Source of the DNA: Octopus sinensis
Lineage: Eukaryota
NCBI RefSeq assembly: GCF_006345805.1
Contig: NC_043007.1
Span: 56,358,001-56,422,000, forward strand
Length of the DNA stretch: 64,000 bases
Reading direction: 5' to 3'
Shown here: positions 1-14,428 of the stretch, in pieces
Layout of the letters: every line of letters starts with the position of its first letter
How positions within the stretch are numbered: the first letter of the stretch is position 1
Notes under the pieces: generated by a model
What the model was told of the DNA's origin: nothing
Database searches by the model: none
Seen by the model: the letters and a program-made list of their open reading frames with translations, nothing else
Made by a program: the position numbers and the translations under genes

Positions 1-129
1 ATCTAAGTAGTTTCGTAGATCACATAAAACTGACAATAAATAACAAAACAGCGAAGAGTAAAAGTATGTAATTACACTATAAAGAAGGAACAGGGTAGAA
101 TTCAAGATTTCGGATAGCGCATTTTTATT

Positions 130-420
130 TTTATGGCTGGGTTCAACCCAGACCGAAGCAACAACGTCCACCCGCCAATCTTCTCGGTCCTACATCACTG
201 TCTCGAGCTCCTTGATACATTCCAGTCCGGTGTCGATGTAAGTGTGGCGATGTTTTCCTCTTCATACATCACCATGAAGTGAGTCCCACAAGACTAATTT
301 AGATGCTTCCAGCTCAGGCTGGCGCGCTCAGTAACCAGATAGTCGCAGTTGTCTATGCCTGATCTTCTCGCTAGTTTTCAGCAGGTTTGTCATGTGTTGC
401 ATGCCGCGGTTCTCCTACTT
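130..420 (-). mobile_element. RTE-clade LINE 3' fragment
   Basis: Manual translation IRHRQLRLSGY*ARQPELEASKLVLWDSLHG..RG...TYIDT..M*DREDWR resembles RTE ORF C-termini. Confidence 0.6.
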
Positions 421-1115
421 CACACTTGCCTTCACGTGCAACAACTAATTCTCCATTTTAACATACCCAATCAAACTCAAATTGTTTATTGTGTTCGTTG
501 CCTATAACAACAGTGTTTTACTTTTATAGGTCCAAACAACTGAAAACACTCTAATGTTCACTTCAAACCTTACCCCAACATATTCAACTTCACCAAACAC
601 GATCATAAAGTTGAACACGAGAAAGAATCTCTAAATGACCGAAAAATCAAAATACCAAGACAATTCCGCCTGGATGTCCGCTCTCATGACATCTTGTAAC
701 TTCTGAAGATAATTTCTTCACTTTTCTCCTACTGGTTTCCGTGACTTAGAGGCTACTTACTAATCCTTAAGTTATATATAAGAAATTAGTAAAAGTAACA
801 ATTATTATTTGTATGAAGTTGCATGTAACCCAGTAGAGGTCAGGTTCTTGGGAACAGTAAATAGATGAGTTTCAGTTACATTTCCGACTATACACTTAAT
901 AGTAAAGGATTAAACCTTACAATGTTTCGTTAAGCATTTCGCCCGGCGTGCTAACGATTCTGCTAGCTCGCCACCTTGCTACATTCATTAATTATACTAA
1001 TTCTAAGTTATCTATTGTTTTCTATGCGGATGGTGTATGTAAGTATTTAATTTCAGTCAGTAAAAAGGAAAAAAAATTTTTCTCGCCTACTTGTGAAAAA
1101 TAATTCTACAACATA

Positions 1116-1490
1116 GGCGCAGGAGTGGCTGTGTGGTAAGTAGCTTGCTAACCAGCCACATGGTTCCGGGTTCAGTCCCTCTGCGTGGCATCTTGGGCAA
1201 GTGTCTTCTGCTATAGCCCCGGGCCGACCAATGCCTTGTGAGTGGATTTGGTAGACGGAAACTGAAAGAAGCCTGTCGTATATATGTATATATGTATATA
1301 TATGTATGTGTGTTTGTCAACCGATGCTGGTGTGTTTACGTCCCCGTCACTTAACGGTTCGGCAAAAGAGACCGATAGAATAAGTACTGGGCTTACAAAG
1401 AATAAGTCCCGGGGTTGATTTGCTCGACTAAAGGCGGTGCTCCAGCATGGCCGCAGTCAAATGACTGAAACAAGTAAAAAAGTAAAAGAG
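1116..1490 (+). mobile_element. tRNA-derived SINE family 1 (octopus-type), full copy
   Basis: A-box-like TGGCTGTGTGG, B-box-like GGTTCAGTCCC, internal (TA/TG)n, tail CAAGTAAAA. About ten copies in the window. Confidence 0.88.
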
Positions 1491-1498
1491 TAACATAT

Positions 1499-1820
1499 CG
1501 CAGGCGTGGCTGTGCTGTAAGAAGTTTACTTTCCAACTACTTGGTTCCGGGTTCAATGTCACTGCGTGGCACTCTGGGTAGGTATCTTGTGAATGGATTT
1601 GCTAGACAGAATCTGAAAGAAGCCCGTCGTATATATATATATATATATATATGCATGCATGTGTGTTTTTTCGTCTGATCTGTTTTCGTCCCCCGACCCC
1701 CACCACTCAAATATTTGAAAACCGGTATTGGTGTGTTTGCGTCCCCGTAATATAGCGATTCGGCAAAAGCGACCGATAGAAAAAGCATGGCCGCAGTCTA
1801 ATAATTGAAAAAAGTAAAAG
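1499..1820 (+). mobile_element. SINE family 1, adjacent second copy
   Basis: Collinear with 1116-1490, with deletions. Confidence 0.8.
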
Positions 1821-3068
1821 ATAGGGGATAAAAGAGAACTTGGAAAATTCTCCCATTGGTATTTGAATAAGGTGTCAACGACAACTAAAATATATTTGGA
1901 CTTGACTCCTGTTACTTGCAGAAAAAAAGATTAAATTCATTATAAGAGCCTTTGTGAAAAGACTGTAGTTTCCACAACATACAAACCGTTCTAAATAGAA
2001 TTTCGAGGCTCAACGTATTATATACGTTTACATAAACTCATCTATTGCTCTACATGCATACGACATCTCTGTGTAATTAACCCAATGATGTATATATAAT
2101 TTTAACAAATATTAGGTGAAGTTAGTATTAACGTATGTAATTGCAAAAAACCACAAAACGGATCTTGTGTTTCGAAATGTAAATACTCTTCATCAGAATC
2201 TACAACATAAAAACACAAGAATACACACACTCAATTACTCATACATACATACATACATACATACATGCATGCATGCGCATTCATGCATACACACATACAT
2301 AGAAGCAATCACCCAACGTCAACAAAAATATAGAAAATAAACTATAAATATTTCTGGTCCAAAAAAAAAAGAAAAGAAAAGAAAAGAAAGAAGTAAAATG
2401 TTACCATTTAGATATTTATTTTCACAAACTACTGGAAAATCAATTAAGATTCGAGAAAAGGTATTTGATAATAATGTCATACACATACACTTAACGTAAA
2501 CTTACAGATGGACGCAAACATACTTACACACATATGTATGTATCTACGTATGTATGCATGGCAAATGGTGATTATTGTCGCAAGTTCAGCTGCCTGATTA
2601 CTTCGCGATTCGTTTTTATAAAATGGGCGAAATGGTAGTTATATTTGTTCACTTGAATGAGGTATCTCCCACTACATACATACATACATACATACATACA
2701 TACATACATAATGGCTGCCCCCTCGTTATCGAGTATGGCCATTGCACGAAGCTTAACTGTTATTGGTGCTGTGATCGAATGTGACTTTTATTTGCTTTTT
2801 AAGGCTACAGCCAGCCATTCAGTTGAGACTCACAGCACCATCAACAATCATGAACAATGTTGTTATCGTGCAATACCTGTGCAAGAAGATTTTTTTAAAG
2901 TGAGGAAAGGCTGTGCACTGAGTCAATCCCACTCACTAAAAAACAGCAGCCATAATCCGAAAAGAAGAACAAGTCAACATTATCGGTAACCACCGAGCCG
3001 CAGATTTTATGTCGGAGTTATCCCAGTTACCTGAGTTACTTTCTCCTAGAAGGATGCCCTAACAAAGG

Positions 3069-3099
<31 letters not shown>

Positions 3100-3101
3100 C
3101 A

Positions 3102-3132
<31 letters not shown>

Positions 3133-3255
3133 CAAGAAGCTAACTTTACTCGTCAACAGACTCACATTTCAATTAGGTTTAATCCCATTTTTATTGGCTT
3201 ATCTTATATTTATTGTATTTATTGTTAGGTATGAAAAAACTATATCTCTATCTTT

Positions 3256-3545
3256 TATCTGTTTCAGTTATTCGATTGCGACCATGCTGGGGCAGCGCCT
3301 TGAAGAACTTGTTAGCCAAATGAATTGACGCCAGTATATATATTTTTAGGCCTGGTACTTACTGTAGAAATCTTTTTTGCCGAACTACTAAGATACGGGA
3401 ACGTAACCAAAACAACACCGGTTTTTAAGTGGTGGTGGGGGGACAGACAGACAGAGACACATACACACACATACGACGAGCTTCTTTCAGTTTTTGTCTA
3501 CCAAATCTACTCAGAAGGTGCCAACTTCTTACTTTACAGCCAAGT
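3256..3545 (-). mobile_element. SINE family 1, 5'-truncated
   Basis: Reverse-complement match to the body and tail of 1116-1490. Confidence 0.75.
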
Positions 3546-4090
3546 CTGTACCTAGTATAAGCAGAAACTATTATAAAGTAAATTATCCTAAGATCTCGGG
3601 TAAAGAATATTTAATTAATTTTGGTATACTTCTCCCCACAAAAGCAACTATGGGATGTCCTTTTGGAATGTCGCTCATCTTTCGATCCATATTTTTGTGA
3701 GTCTCCTGTTATCTAGTCATTTGCACACTGCCATATCTTGATAAAAATAGCTGTTGAGTTTGCATGGCTTTCTCAGAACAACTGCCACATTATTACAAAA
3801 CAGCTTTATTTTTATTTTTAAATCATTAGAATCGTTAGTACGCCAGACAAGATGCTTAGTTCTGAGTTTGAATTTCGCCGAAGTCGATTTTACCTTTATC
3901 TTTCGAGAAGAGTGCTAGTCGATATAATCTCAAAATTTCTGGTCTTGTACCTATAGTAGAACGGATTATTATTATTATTCGTCCATCCTTACATTCTGAG
4001 TTCAAATTCAATTGGAATCGATGTACTCGACTAGCCCCTCCCCCAAATTTCAGGCCTTGTACCTATTGTAGAAAGGATTATTATTATTAT

Positions 4091-6151
4091 TTTAGTTTGG
4101 TTCAGGTTCGGTCTTACTCCTGGTAGGATTTATGTGGGTAGCGGGTTACTGCTTAGGTATCCACAAGTTTTCATCTGTCTTTCACGTGCTTAGAACCTTC
4201 TTGATAATCCTTGCTTTCCTTAAGAGACAAACTTTCTGTAGGAGCACTACCAGGAATTCTATTCCTTCGGCCGTTTGTCTATATCTTTACTTACACTTCT
4301 GAACACACCAATTATTACAGGCACGATCTATACTGTTCTCATGCTCCAAATTCTTCCTATTTCAAATTTTAAGAGATTGTATTTTTCTTGTTTGTTTTTC
4401 GTTCTCTTTCTTTACGATCCTGGAATCAAACGGGCATGATGGGTCGATAAGTAAGCAACTTAGCTTTTCCTTATCTATAATTGTTATGTCCAGTTTATTA
4501 TATTCTAACTTCTTGTCCCACAAAATCTTATATTTCTCCGACTCCAGTACGCTTTCGACTCGATGAATGTACCATGTGTTTCCAGCTTCAAATTCCCATT
4601 TCTGGTACAGTTTCCAGTGTAAAGCTTTTGCAACTTGGTTGTGCCTCCATCTCTTATATTCTTCCTGTGACAACTTGGGGCATTCTGTCACAATATGTGC
4701 CACTGCCTCGTTCCAAGTTCCACAAACTCTACATTTTTATGAAATATTCTCTCTCTATATATTTTTTCTCAAGTTGTTTGTTTTTATTGCTTGATTTTGG
4801 GCTGCTACAATTAGGCTCTTTTTAATTGCTCCCTTTTTTTTAACCAAGCTCACGATTTTGTTCTACATACGTCTTCAGTGGCTCCCCAAAATTTGCCATG
4901 CAGAGGTGTCTTTTCAATCTGTCTGACGTACTCTCTTTCATTCTTGTCTTTTTCTCTTATTAAGTGCTTGATCACCTGTTCTTTATTCACTTTCTTTGGT
5001 AGTTTTTCTGTGCTGCTCACTAAATACTCTACTAGATTTTTTGTTGCATTTGTACATATTCTTCTACTGCTATTAAGCCTTATCCACCCTGCTCTCACCT
5101 CAAGTCCAACTGGTTGATATCAGTTTTCCATACATTGTCAGCAACGTTTTTTTCTGTCAAGTTTCTTTATATTGTCTATAATTCCAACGCCATAACTGAT
5201 TAATGATATTGCTCTTGAATTTATTGCTTCAATAAGATTTTTTGAATTCAAATTTGACTGCAATAATTTTCTTACTCTCCTTGTGTACTTCCTACTGGTG
5301 ATTCGTTTCATTTCTTCATTTTGTTACTTTCGTCTGCTCCCAGTATTCCCAAGTACTTATACCGCTGTCCTTTCTCAACCGCTCTCATTGTTTGCCCATT
5401 TGGCATTTCAATTCCCTGGTTTCTTTCAGACTTCCGCGTTTCATTTTCAATATAGCGCACTTTTCTATCCCAAATTCCATACCTACGTCATTTGAGAAAA
5501 TACGGATTGTATGTACAAGACTTTCAAGTTGTTTTTCATTTTTCGCATAAACATTTATATCATCCATGAAAAGGAAATGATTTATCCCACCATTTCCTTT
5601 TCCCAAATCGTAAGCAATTTAAACTTTTTGTAGTATCATAATGAGCGGTGTCATGGCCAATACGAGTAGTAATCGAGAAAAACTACTACCTTGGAATATT
5701 CTACATCTGATGTTCACTTTTCCGAGTTTTTATTTTCTTCCAATCAATTCAGTATTCCAATGTTTCATACTTTCATTAAGCATGTTCTCGAAGTTTTTTT
5801 CTATTCCAAACATGCTCATTGTTTTACTTATCCAACCGGGAGGGACCATGTCATATGCTTTTTTTTCCGTCAATCTACGTCTACAATTTCTAATTACCAT
5901 TTTATTAACTAATAAGTGATCTTTTGTTACCCTAATTTGTTTCCTACATCCTTTCTGTTCTTCTGGTAGTGGATTGTTACGTTCCAGATGATTCTATAAC
6001 TCTTCCGCTAATGCACCGGTCATAAGCTTCCACATAAGTGGTAAACAGGCTATAGGTCGAAAATTTTATGCCAAGTTCTCTGTCAAGTGCTCCTTGAGGC
6101 ATAGCAACGTTCATCCACTTGTCATCCAGGCTATCGTCCAGTTGTGCAGCG
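4091..6151 (-). mobile_element. Degraded R4/Dong-type RLE retrotransposon, 5'-truncated
   Basis: Fragmented motifs NFRPIACLP, PEEQKGC, FLFMDD, FGIEKC, KTPLHG, HIVTECP..RH, LLIDPSCPFD..KENEK. (TTA)n on both sides (4077-4090 and 6152-6223). Confidence 0.85.
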
Positions 6152-6224
<73 letters not shown>

Positions 6225-6436
6225 GGCGGCGACCTGGCAGAATCGTTAGCACGTCGGAAAAATTGCTTAGCGGCATTTTCTCCGTCATTATATTCTGAGT
6301 TCAAGTTCCGCTGAGGTCAACTCTGCCTTTCATCCCTTTGAGGTCGATAAAATAAGTACCAGTGAACACTGGGGTCGAGTAATCGACTGTCTCTCTCCCT
6401 CAAATTTCAGACCTTGTACCTATAGTAGAAAGGATT
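6225..6436 (+). mobile_element. tRNA-derived SINE family 2, full copy
   Basis: Starts GGCGGCGA.CTGGCAGAATCGTTAGC and has B-box-like GAGTTCAAGTTCC. The core GCCTTTCATCCC..GAGGTCGATAAAATAAGTACC recalls the MetaSINE-type central domain (from memory, unverified). Tail CCTTGTACCTATAGTAGAAAGGATT. Partial copies at 925-975, 3825-3972, 3985-4090 and 6520-6680. Confidence 0.85.
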
Positions 6437-7474
6437 TTTATTAATGGGCTAGTGGTTAAGGCGTTGCACTTACTATCGCGAGTGGATAAATGTATAAATT
6501 CATACATATACAGTCAATACGTCTATATGTATGTCAAAAGCATTTAGCGTTATTTCTTCTGGCGCTTTATGTTGTAAGTTCAAATTTCGCGGAGGTCGAT
6601 CTTACCTTTCATCCCTTTGGCATCGATAAAATAAAATAGCAGTCAAATACTGGAGCCAGTGTAATCGAACTGTCCCCAACAATAAAAAGAATGGATGACG
6701 GTGCAACTGACTGGAGACCTGTTCAGTGGGCGTTTTCAGACGCTTATATATGTGTGTATGCGTATATATATACATACAAATATACACATGCATATATATG
6801 TACAGGACGTCACCAACAGTAAACAACATGAAATACGAAAACAAATGAGTTATATATATATATCTATATATACATACTGTATTTTGAAATAATAGCATGA
6901 AATTCAATATCAAAAAATTTAAATATTATAAAAGATGCAATAAAGATTTACCTTAGTGTCTATTATTTATCGTTTATAGTAACGATATCAAAATAAGAAA
7001 ATAATTATAAATAGATTGGTAGATAAAGTAATTAAAATATCTTAGCTTATAAACATATGTACACGACATATATTATACATTAAGCGATTGATAAATTGGT
7101 TGTCTTAGAATTTGAACCTGTACACATTTAACCTTCAATAAATAGATCTTTACAGTTGTAATTAAAACAAATATAATTTAAAATTTAAATTGGTATCTTC
7201 CATTTACATAAATAAAAAGTTTATTCTTTTGACCACCAAAATTAACCTTCAGCATCTCAAATATGGAATGTAGGAAAAGGTACACTTTACACAAAATTGT
7301 CATGGATTACCAAGATGAATTTAACAAGGATATATATAAACTCGAAATTTTGTTACCAAAGTCTATCTGCATAAATCTAAACCAGTAAATTTTAATCTAT
7401 TTTCAAATATATTTTCTCATATATTTTCTAATTTTAAAGAAAAATTTTATATATTATAACAATTTTATCTTCTC

Positions 7475-7566
7475 CATCTCTGACGAGCGGAAGTATTGTC
7501 TATCAATGTGTATCAACAATGGATTCCATTATAATGACAATACGTTCGTGAAATGATAGTAAGATG
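7475..7566 (+). ncRNA. Type I hammerhead ribozyme motif
   Basis: CAUCU-CUGACGA-[7487-7500 pairs with 7536-7549]-GAAA-UGAUA-GUA-AGAUG; stem I 5 bp perfect. Confidence 0.65.
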
Positions 7567-7903
7567 CATCAAGAAATTTTTAAGCTGCCATGTTTCATAT
7601 AATTATATATATTTTCAATACAATATTATTTTAGACATATATATCTTTCATGCTATTATTTCAAAATACAATATATATAATCGCTCGTATTAATGTCTAA
7701 ATACTTTATAATAGTATTAACATTTTTGACATTTTATACAAAGAGCACTCATTATAAATTGAGTGTATAATATTCTAACAGAATATATTTGATTAATGAT
7801 ATATATATATTATCTACAGCGAGAACTATTGGCCATGACGAAATGCAGGGAATGGCCTGCCACCGAGTTCGAGGATATTTTAAGAATATATGTATTTGTA
7901 ACA

Positions 7904-7947
<44 letters not shown>

Positions 7948-7980
7948 ATATATATATGTGTGTGTTGTGTGTGTGTGTGT

Positions 7981-8024
<44 letters not shown>

Positions 8025-8150
8025 ACATACATGTATGTGTATAAAACCTAATTGGAAATGGAAGCGTGGCGTTCGATCATATAATAATATAAATAACATA
8101 TAATTATATGCATCTATGCATACAAATTTGTACATACCTACATATATATG

Positions 8151-8204
<54 letters not shown>

Positions 8205-9687
8205 ATATATATACAAGCATATATATGTATATGCATGTATATATATGTATATATACATGCATATATGGGTACAGGACATAAAAAACGTGAACAAAAAGAG
8301 ACATAGAAAACGATTTTTTTTTCGAACAACGAAACAAATAGAGAAACGAGACAGGCAGCATAAAGAACATTCCCTTCATCAATTGTCCCCAGTTTTATCT
8401 ACTCAGCGTTTCGAAGGTAGGGACAAGACGCGACTTCTTAAAACAGTCCTTCCCGCAAAGCAAATTAAATACAATTTGGGATTTTTTGCGCAGGGTTAAA
8501 GTGGTAAGAAAAACAGGACAGTGAGAACAAAACAGTAAAAACAAACGGTTAGGGCTGTAAAGCCAAAGCGATGTGAAATGGTGAACGCTGGAAAAACGAG
8601 CTTTGAGAAAAGACAGGTAAAAGCACGTCTTGTCTTTAGGAAGGAAATGGATGAAAGAAAGAGGGATAGCCGTTGGTCCCGTGTGAGCAGCGAGAGAGTC
8701 AACGAGGAAGAGTGAGAGAGAGAGAGAGAGGACACGGTGAAGGGGAGAGGAGAAGAATAGGGAAAGGTTGGCAGAGACAAAAACAGAAAGAAAAAAGAAC
8801 AAGAGAGGAAGATATATAGAAAGAATAGAAGATAAAAGTATATATATATATAGATCAATAAATGGTAGGGTTGTGTTGACCGCACGTGGAGAGATGATAA
8901 GCAAGGAAAAATTGTAAAAGTGCTGAATGCTATATTATATTCTTTAATTATATTCTTTAAATATCATTATTATTATTGTTGTTATTATTAATATCATTTT
9001 TATTATATATGACATAACAATCTGAAATGTAATTATAAATTGGTTTATGCAAATTTATATAATTAGAAAATAATATAAATAAAGTGTTAAAATCTGAATG
9101 TTAAGTTAGCAAACAATTATATAAAAAAGATAATGCAAATGAAGCTAAAATGATAATTTTATAATTTAAGGTTTATTAACACCCTTTATCACAAAAAATT
9201 GATAAACACAAATTGAAGAGCTCAAAACCCATAGAGTTGTCTCCTCTTATTCACAACACAGGAACTGAAGAACTACAATTACTACTACTTCCTGTTTTGC
9301 CAACACCCTTAATTAAACTAAACAACACATGGCTTTAATCCCATTGGATCCTAATACTTCAAGGTAATTTTTTCGTGAACAATCATTAAACTCAAGATAC
9401 ACAAAGACTTCACAATGTATCGGAGTACCTATTTTTTAATTTTTGTACATATTTATTATTATTTTTTTGCAAAAATCAACGTAATTTTCTTTTTTCCCCC
9501 TTTCTCACTTAAAAATTTTTTTTTTTCCTTTACAATTCTTGAAAAGTCACATTATGACGAAAACCGGTTTGAATCAATATATATTTATATATATTTTATC
9601 AATTTTTCAAAAACTTTTTCCATACACCCATTTTCATTAAAATTTTCTTTCAATTTAGCATTCTGCATTTTTACAATTTTTCCTTGC

Positions 9688-9719
<32 letters not shown>

Positions 9720-10389
9720 TGCATATACTTATATATTATTTATATTATTATATGATCGAACACCATGCATCCATTTCCAAGTAAGTTTTGTCTTAATAAT
9801 TACGATGTGCAGTCTTATTCTATCTCTATTCTTCGCAAAAAAAACCCTTTTTTTTTTGCTTTGCAGGAAGGACTGTTTAACGAAGTCACGCATTTTCCCT
9901 ACCTTCGAAACACGGAGTAGATAAAACAGGGGACAACTGATGAAGGGAATGTTCTTTATGTTGCCTGTTGCGTTTCTCTATTTGTTTCTTTCGCTGTTTG
10001 AAAAAAAGTTCGTTTTCTATGTTTACTTATGTTCTCATTTCTCCTTTTGTTCACGTTCTCTTGATATCCTGTACACATATATGCATGTATATATACATAT
10101 ATATGTAGGTATGTACATATATGTATGTATATATACATATACTTATATATTATCTATATGTATGTATATATATAATAATAAAAGGGTAAAATTAATTAAT
10201 TAATTAATTAATAATTAATAATGTTACCAAGTAGTTCGGTACGTACAAATAACCTTTTTAGGTAAAATTATACAAATTTTCTATAATTATAAACATAATT
10301 ATAACCAGGGTTCAGCTAATTGCTTTGCCACGAACCGAATTTAGAAATATGAGTTATAATTATAGAATATTTGTATATATATATATATT

Positions 10390-10486
<97 letters not shown>

Positions 10487-10529
10487 CATACATACATACA
10501 TACATACATACATACATACATACATACAT

Positions 10530-10877
10530 GGATGCAGGAGTGACTGTGTGGTAAATAGTTTGCTAACCAGTCACATGGTTTCGGGTTCAGTCGTGGCACC
10601 TTGGGCGAGTGTCTTCTACTATAGCCTCGAGCCGACCAAAGCCTTGTGAGTGGATTTGGAAATGGAAACTAAAAGAAGCCCGTCGTATATGCGTGTGTGT
10701 TTGTGTGTGTGTGTGTGTATGTGTGTGTGTGTTTGACCCCCACTATCGCTTGACAACCTATGTTGGTGTGTTATGTCCCCGTAACCCCCACGGATCGGGA
10801 AAAGAGAACGATAGAATAAGTACTAGGCTTCCAAAGAATAAGTCCTGAGGTCGATTTGCTCGACTAATGACGGTGGT
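10530..10877 (+). mobile_element. SINE family 1
   Basis: GGATGCAGGAGTGACTGTGTGGTAA...GGTTCAGTC...GAATAAGTCCTGAGGTCGATTTGCTCGACT. Confidence 0.85.
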
Positions 10878-11163
10878 CCTGTACCCATATATGCACATAT
10901 GAGAGAGAAAGAGCGACTTTCGAGATTCTTAGTATTGCAATCAATAAGAAATTCTCAAAGCGAATACCGTCTCATTTGTATCCATCAGAACAATATCAGT
11001 GCGGTTATCTTCTATTGCTTTTGAATACATATTGGAATGATAGAGAAAAAGATTCTATCAGTTACAAAAGGAAAATATATAATATATATACTAAAAATGT
11101 AGAAGGCATACCATTTATTAATCCCGAATTTCCGAGTAGCCTGCATATATGCATTATATATAC

Positions 11164-11196
<33 letters not shown>

Positions 11197-12001
11197 TGTA
11201 TGTATGTATGTATGTATGTATGTACACACACACACACACACATACATATATGTTGCATATATGTATATATGTATGCCTGTATGTATATGTGTTCGACTAT
11301 TTTTGTATATTTTTGTATGTGTGTGTATGTGTGTGTAAAAGCAAATAAGTACTGAATACTGAATAATGCTCACGTTTCTTTAATCAAATGTACAAATATA
11401 CATACTTTAAACATATGGTCGCTTAAAAAGAGCATTCATAGTGCTTACATATATAGAGGCTTATGGATATATATGAGGAGAATTATGTATGTTTATATGC
11501 ATGTAAATTCATATACGTAAGTATAGGTATATGTTTCTATACATGTGAATTCCCGCCCTCCTACTTAATGCACAAACAGGAAATAGATTGACAGCTATAT
11601 TTGAAAGGAGGAAATGTCGTACATCGTCTTACTTTTGAGTTCAGTGTATCCTGTCAGCCAAAGATGGCCGCCAGCGATGTCGTTCTATTTATCTACGGAA
11701 ATCGTCTTTGGTTGTGTAGCTCAGAAAAGGGTTTCCATTGCTTGGAATTTTTTTATCACGGACATAACCGTGTACACATTGCTAGAGGCTGAAGCAAGTA
11801 TACGTATACGTGTGTATAATGTGTGTGTGTTTATACTAGACACACACACACACACACACACACATATACGTGCACAAACACACACACACGTGTCTGTGTG
11901 TGTGTACAAAAACATGCACGCACACTTTTGTAAAGAAGAGTGACGGGGGAAGCGAAACATGCCAATTTATATAGAACACGAACTTCGTACTTTGTAGAAG
12001 T

Positions 12002-12041
12002 AACAGCAGCAGCAGCAGTAGTAGTAGTAGTAGTAGTAGTA

Positions 12042-12084
<43 letters not shown>

Positions 12085-12150
12085 GGTGGTGGTGGTGGTG
12101 GTGGTGGTGGTGGTGGTAGTAGGAGGTGGAGCAGCAACAGCAGCAATAGC
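12002..12150. repeat. Compound trinucleotide microsatellite CAG-TAG-TGG-TAG-CAG
   Basis: Read directly from the sequence. Confidence 0.9.
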
Positions 12151-13070
12151 AACTGCAGTACTCATATAGGGGCATGCGCTATAACAGCGCATATCTGCAT
12201 ACACCATTTGTTAATGATTCCTTACTCTTAGCGGATGGCACCTCTGTACCATTCAGGCGATAACCCTCCAACCCATGAGTTTACTTGGTGAAGGTTTTAC
12301 GAGGGCGGGATGCAAATCCTACCTCAACCTCTTTGAGTCGTCTTTTACAACAAACACAGGAAACGTTGAGTCTATTCTTTGACATACCGGTCTCCTTCTT
12401 TGACATACCGGCAAACGGAGAAAATGAAATATTGTTTGAGTTGCAGTAATTTCTTTTCGTATGCCATTGAATAGCTTTGGTTAACTTCGAAACCTATTTG
12501 TATTCCCGGGCAGTTGTGATAAATAAGAATTAATATGAAGTTGAAAGACATAAATATGGGACACGAAGAGAATGAGTTCAGTTGGAGAAGACATTGAAGC
12601 CTACAAACACATATTGAATTAGTATTGTGTTTTGAACTTCCTAACGGTTAATTCTCTTTACTACTTTACCGAATCTGTTTGTTTTCAAAACGATAGGATG
12701 AGGTTTGATTGAGGTTTGGCTGCTATTTCTAGCAAAATAAATGATGGTGTAGAAGGCTTTGTTGAGTTCTCTAGAAGAAGCTTCAAACAATGAAATGAAT
12801 AGCTATAATTTTGCTCGGTATGATTGTAGCTCAAATCGAAACTGAGTTCTGACTTTCATGTTCTTCCAAGGTTATAGGCTAAAATGAATTAGAATCTTCC
12901 TTTGTTGTGGGAAATGTTATAGATAGCGGAATCGTTCCAGTATACCACTCTGTGTACACTAGATACAAGAAACGATAGAATTTAAAATCAGATGGAAAGA
13001 ACATCGTCTTTCACCATTCCAGGTAAATAAAATAGGTGTAAGACAAGTGCTTGATTGAATGTAGCCTTCA

Positions 13071-13175
<105 letters not shown>

Positions 13176-13589
13176 TACTACTACTACTACTACTACTGAT
13201 ACTGCTGCTGCTGCCATCTCAGAGCAGTGGCTTTAATGAGGTTGATGTTCATCTGAAGCTGATGACTGCAATGAAATATGAGTTGGAAGAGAATGAAAAG
13301 TGAAGGGATTCTGAGGAAGAAGGAATGTGTATATAGATTTGTTTGAAACCTGGAATGATGAGATAAAGTATCTGTGATGAACGGGGAAGAGACGATAGCA
13401 TTGTGTGAGCTTCGATGGAGCTGGTATGTGATTAGCTTGCCCTAAAAAGCATAGAACAATAATAAAGGTATAATTACAGAGGGAATAAACAGCATATCTG
13501 TAGTTAAGATGAATCACGGCCACGAATTGTGAAATGAAATTACGAAACTACGAGTAAATGTAACAATAGTTACCAAAGGGTAATCATTG

Positions 13590-13830
13590 TTACATTTGCG
13601 ATGGTTATGATCAAGGAATTGCTTGTTGTTTATGTCTCGTCACTTAAGCCATACTCCTTGCAGATAAGTGAACTGAGTGGAGCTTCTGTATCGTCATCTA
13701 ACCCTGCAGGTGATTCTTATTCAAGCGGCATCATCTCCTCATTAGAAAAACTTTCTCTGTGAAACGCAAGCAACTCAACTACGTTGTCTTCCACAATTTC
13801 TTCAAATCGTATACCATTTTTCAGCAGTGT
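13590..13830 (-). pseudogene. Possible Tigger/pogo transposase C-terminal remnant
   Basis: Minus-strand GIRFEEIVEDNVVELLAFHRESFSNEEMMPLE resembles the Tigger-type 'GFEDV.EDDVEELL.SH.EELSNEEL.ELE' region. Short and recalled from memory. Confidence 0.35.
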
Positions 13831-14428
13831 GGCTTCGAGTAGATATAGCTGCTATTTATAGAAGGTCGAGCAGTATAATTCGTGGTATCGGAAACAGCAT
13901 TATTGTAAGGTACAACGAATGCTCGAATAAATTTAACTTGCTCTCCTACTGAAGCTTACTAAAATATTTCGTTGACGCTAAGGGATTTTCTTGTTTCTTT
14001 TTCTTGTTTATTTTTATTAAAATAGGTTTAGAGTAGTAAAATTCAATTATTTTCTGAAACAAGGCATCAGGAAAAGTTAAATTACTTTTTCACTAACTTT
14101 TATAGTTCAAAATGATACTAAGCTTATGGTGTTTTAATTAAATTTAAAAAATACTTCTAAAACAATTCTTTCAAAAATGCTTTTATGATATTTTATACTC
14201 TGTGCATGCCTATACATATGTGTAAATGCGTACTTACGTACATACGTACGTCGTATGTATGTATGTATGTACTTTTTATGCTAGTATGTCTACTAGCAGA
14301 TTTAATAAACTTTTGGACATAACACGTTTTTATACAACTCACCAATGAATTTCTCACAGGTGATACCTTCCATGTATATTGCAAAAAGTTATTCTTTTTC
14401 CCTCAAATAAGTTACACTTTATGTTCGA

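Noticed and set aside
1116-1200. tRNA genes
   Set aside because: The tRNA-like A/B boxes are SINE heads continuing into SINE bodies; no standalone cloverleaf was seen.
2155-2200. Further hammerhead-like cores (2155-2200 minus; 43775-43830 minus)
   Set aside because: The cores are present but the cleavage triplet or stems are broken, too degenerate to call without a consensus.
6100-6151. Similar 5' truncation point in two Dong copies (6151 and 41000), suggesting a programmed breakpoint
   Set aside because: The other copies truncate at quite different positions, so coincidence is sufficient.
13601-13762. 53-aa plus-strand ORF or terminal exon after a CTCCTTGCAG acceptor
   Set aside because: It is better explained as the antisense shadow of a Tigger-like remnant on the minus strand, and it has no recognisable homology.
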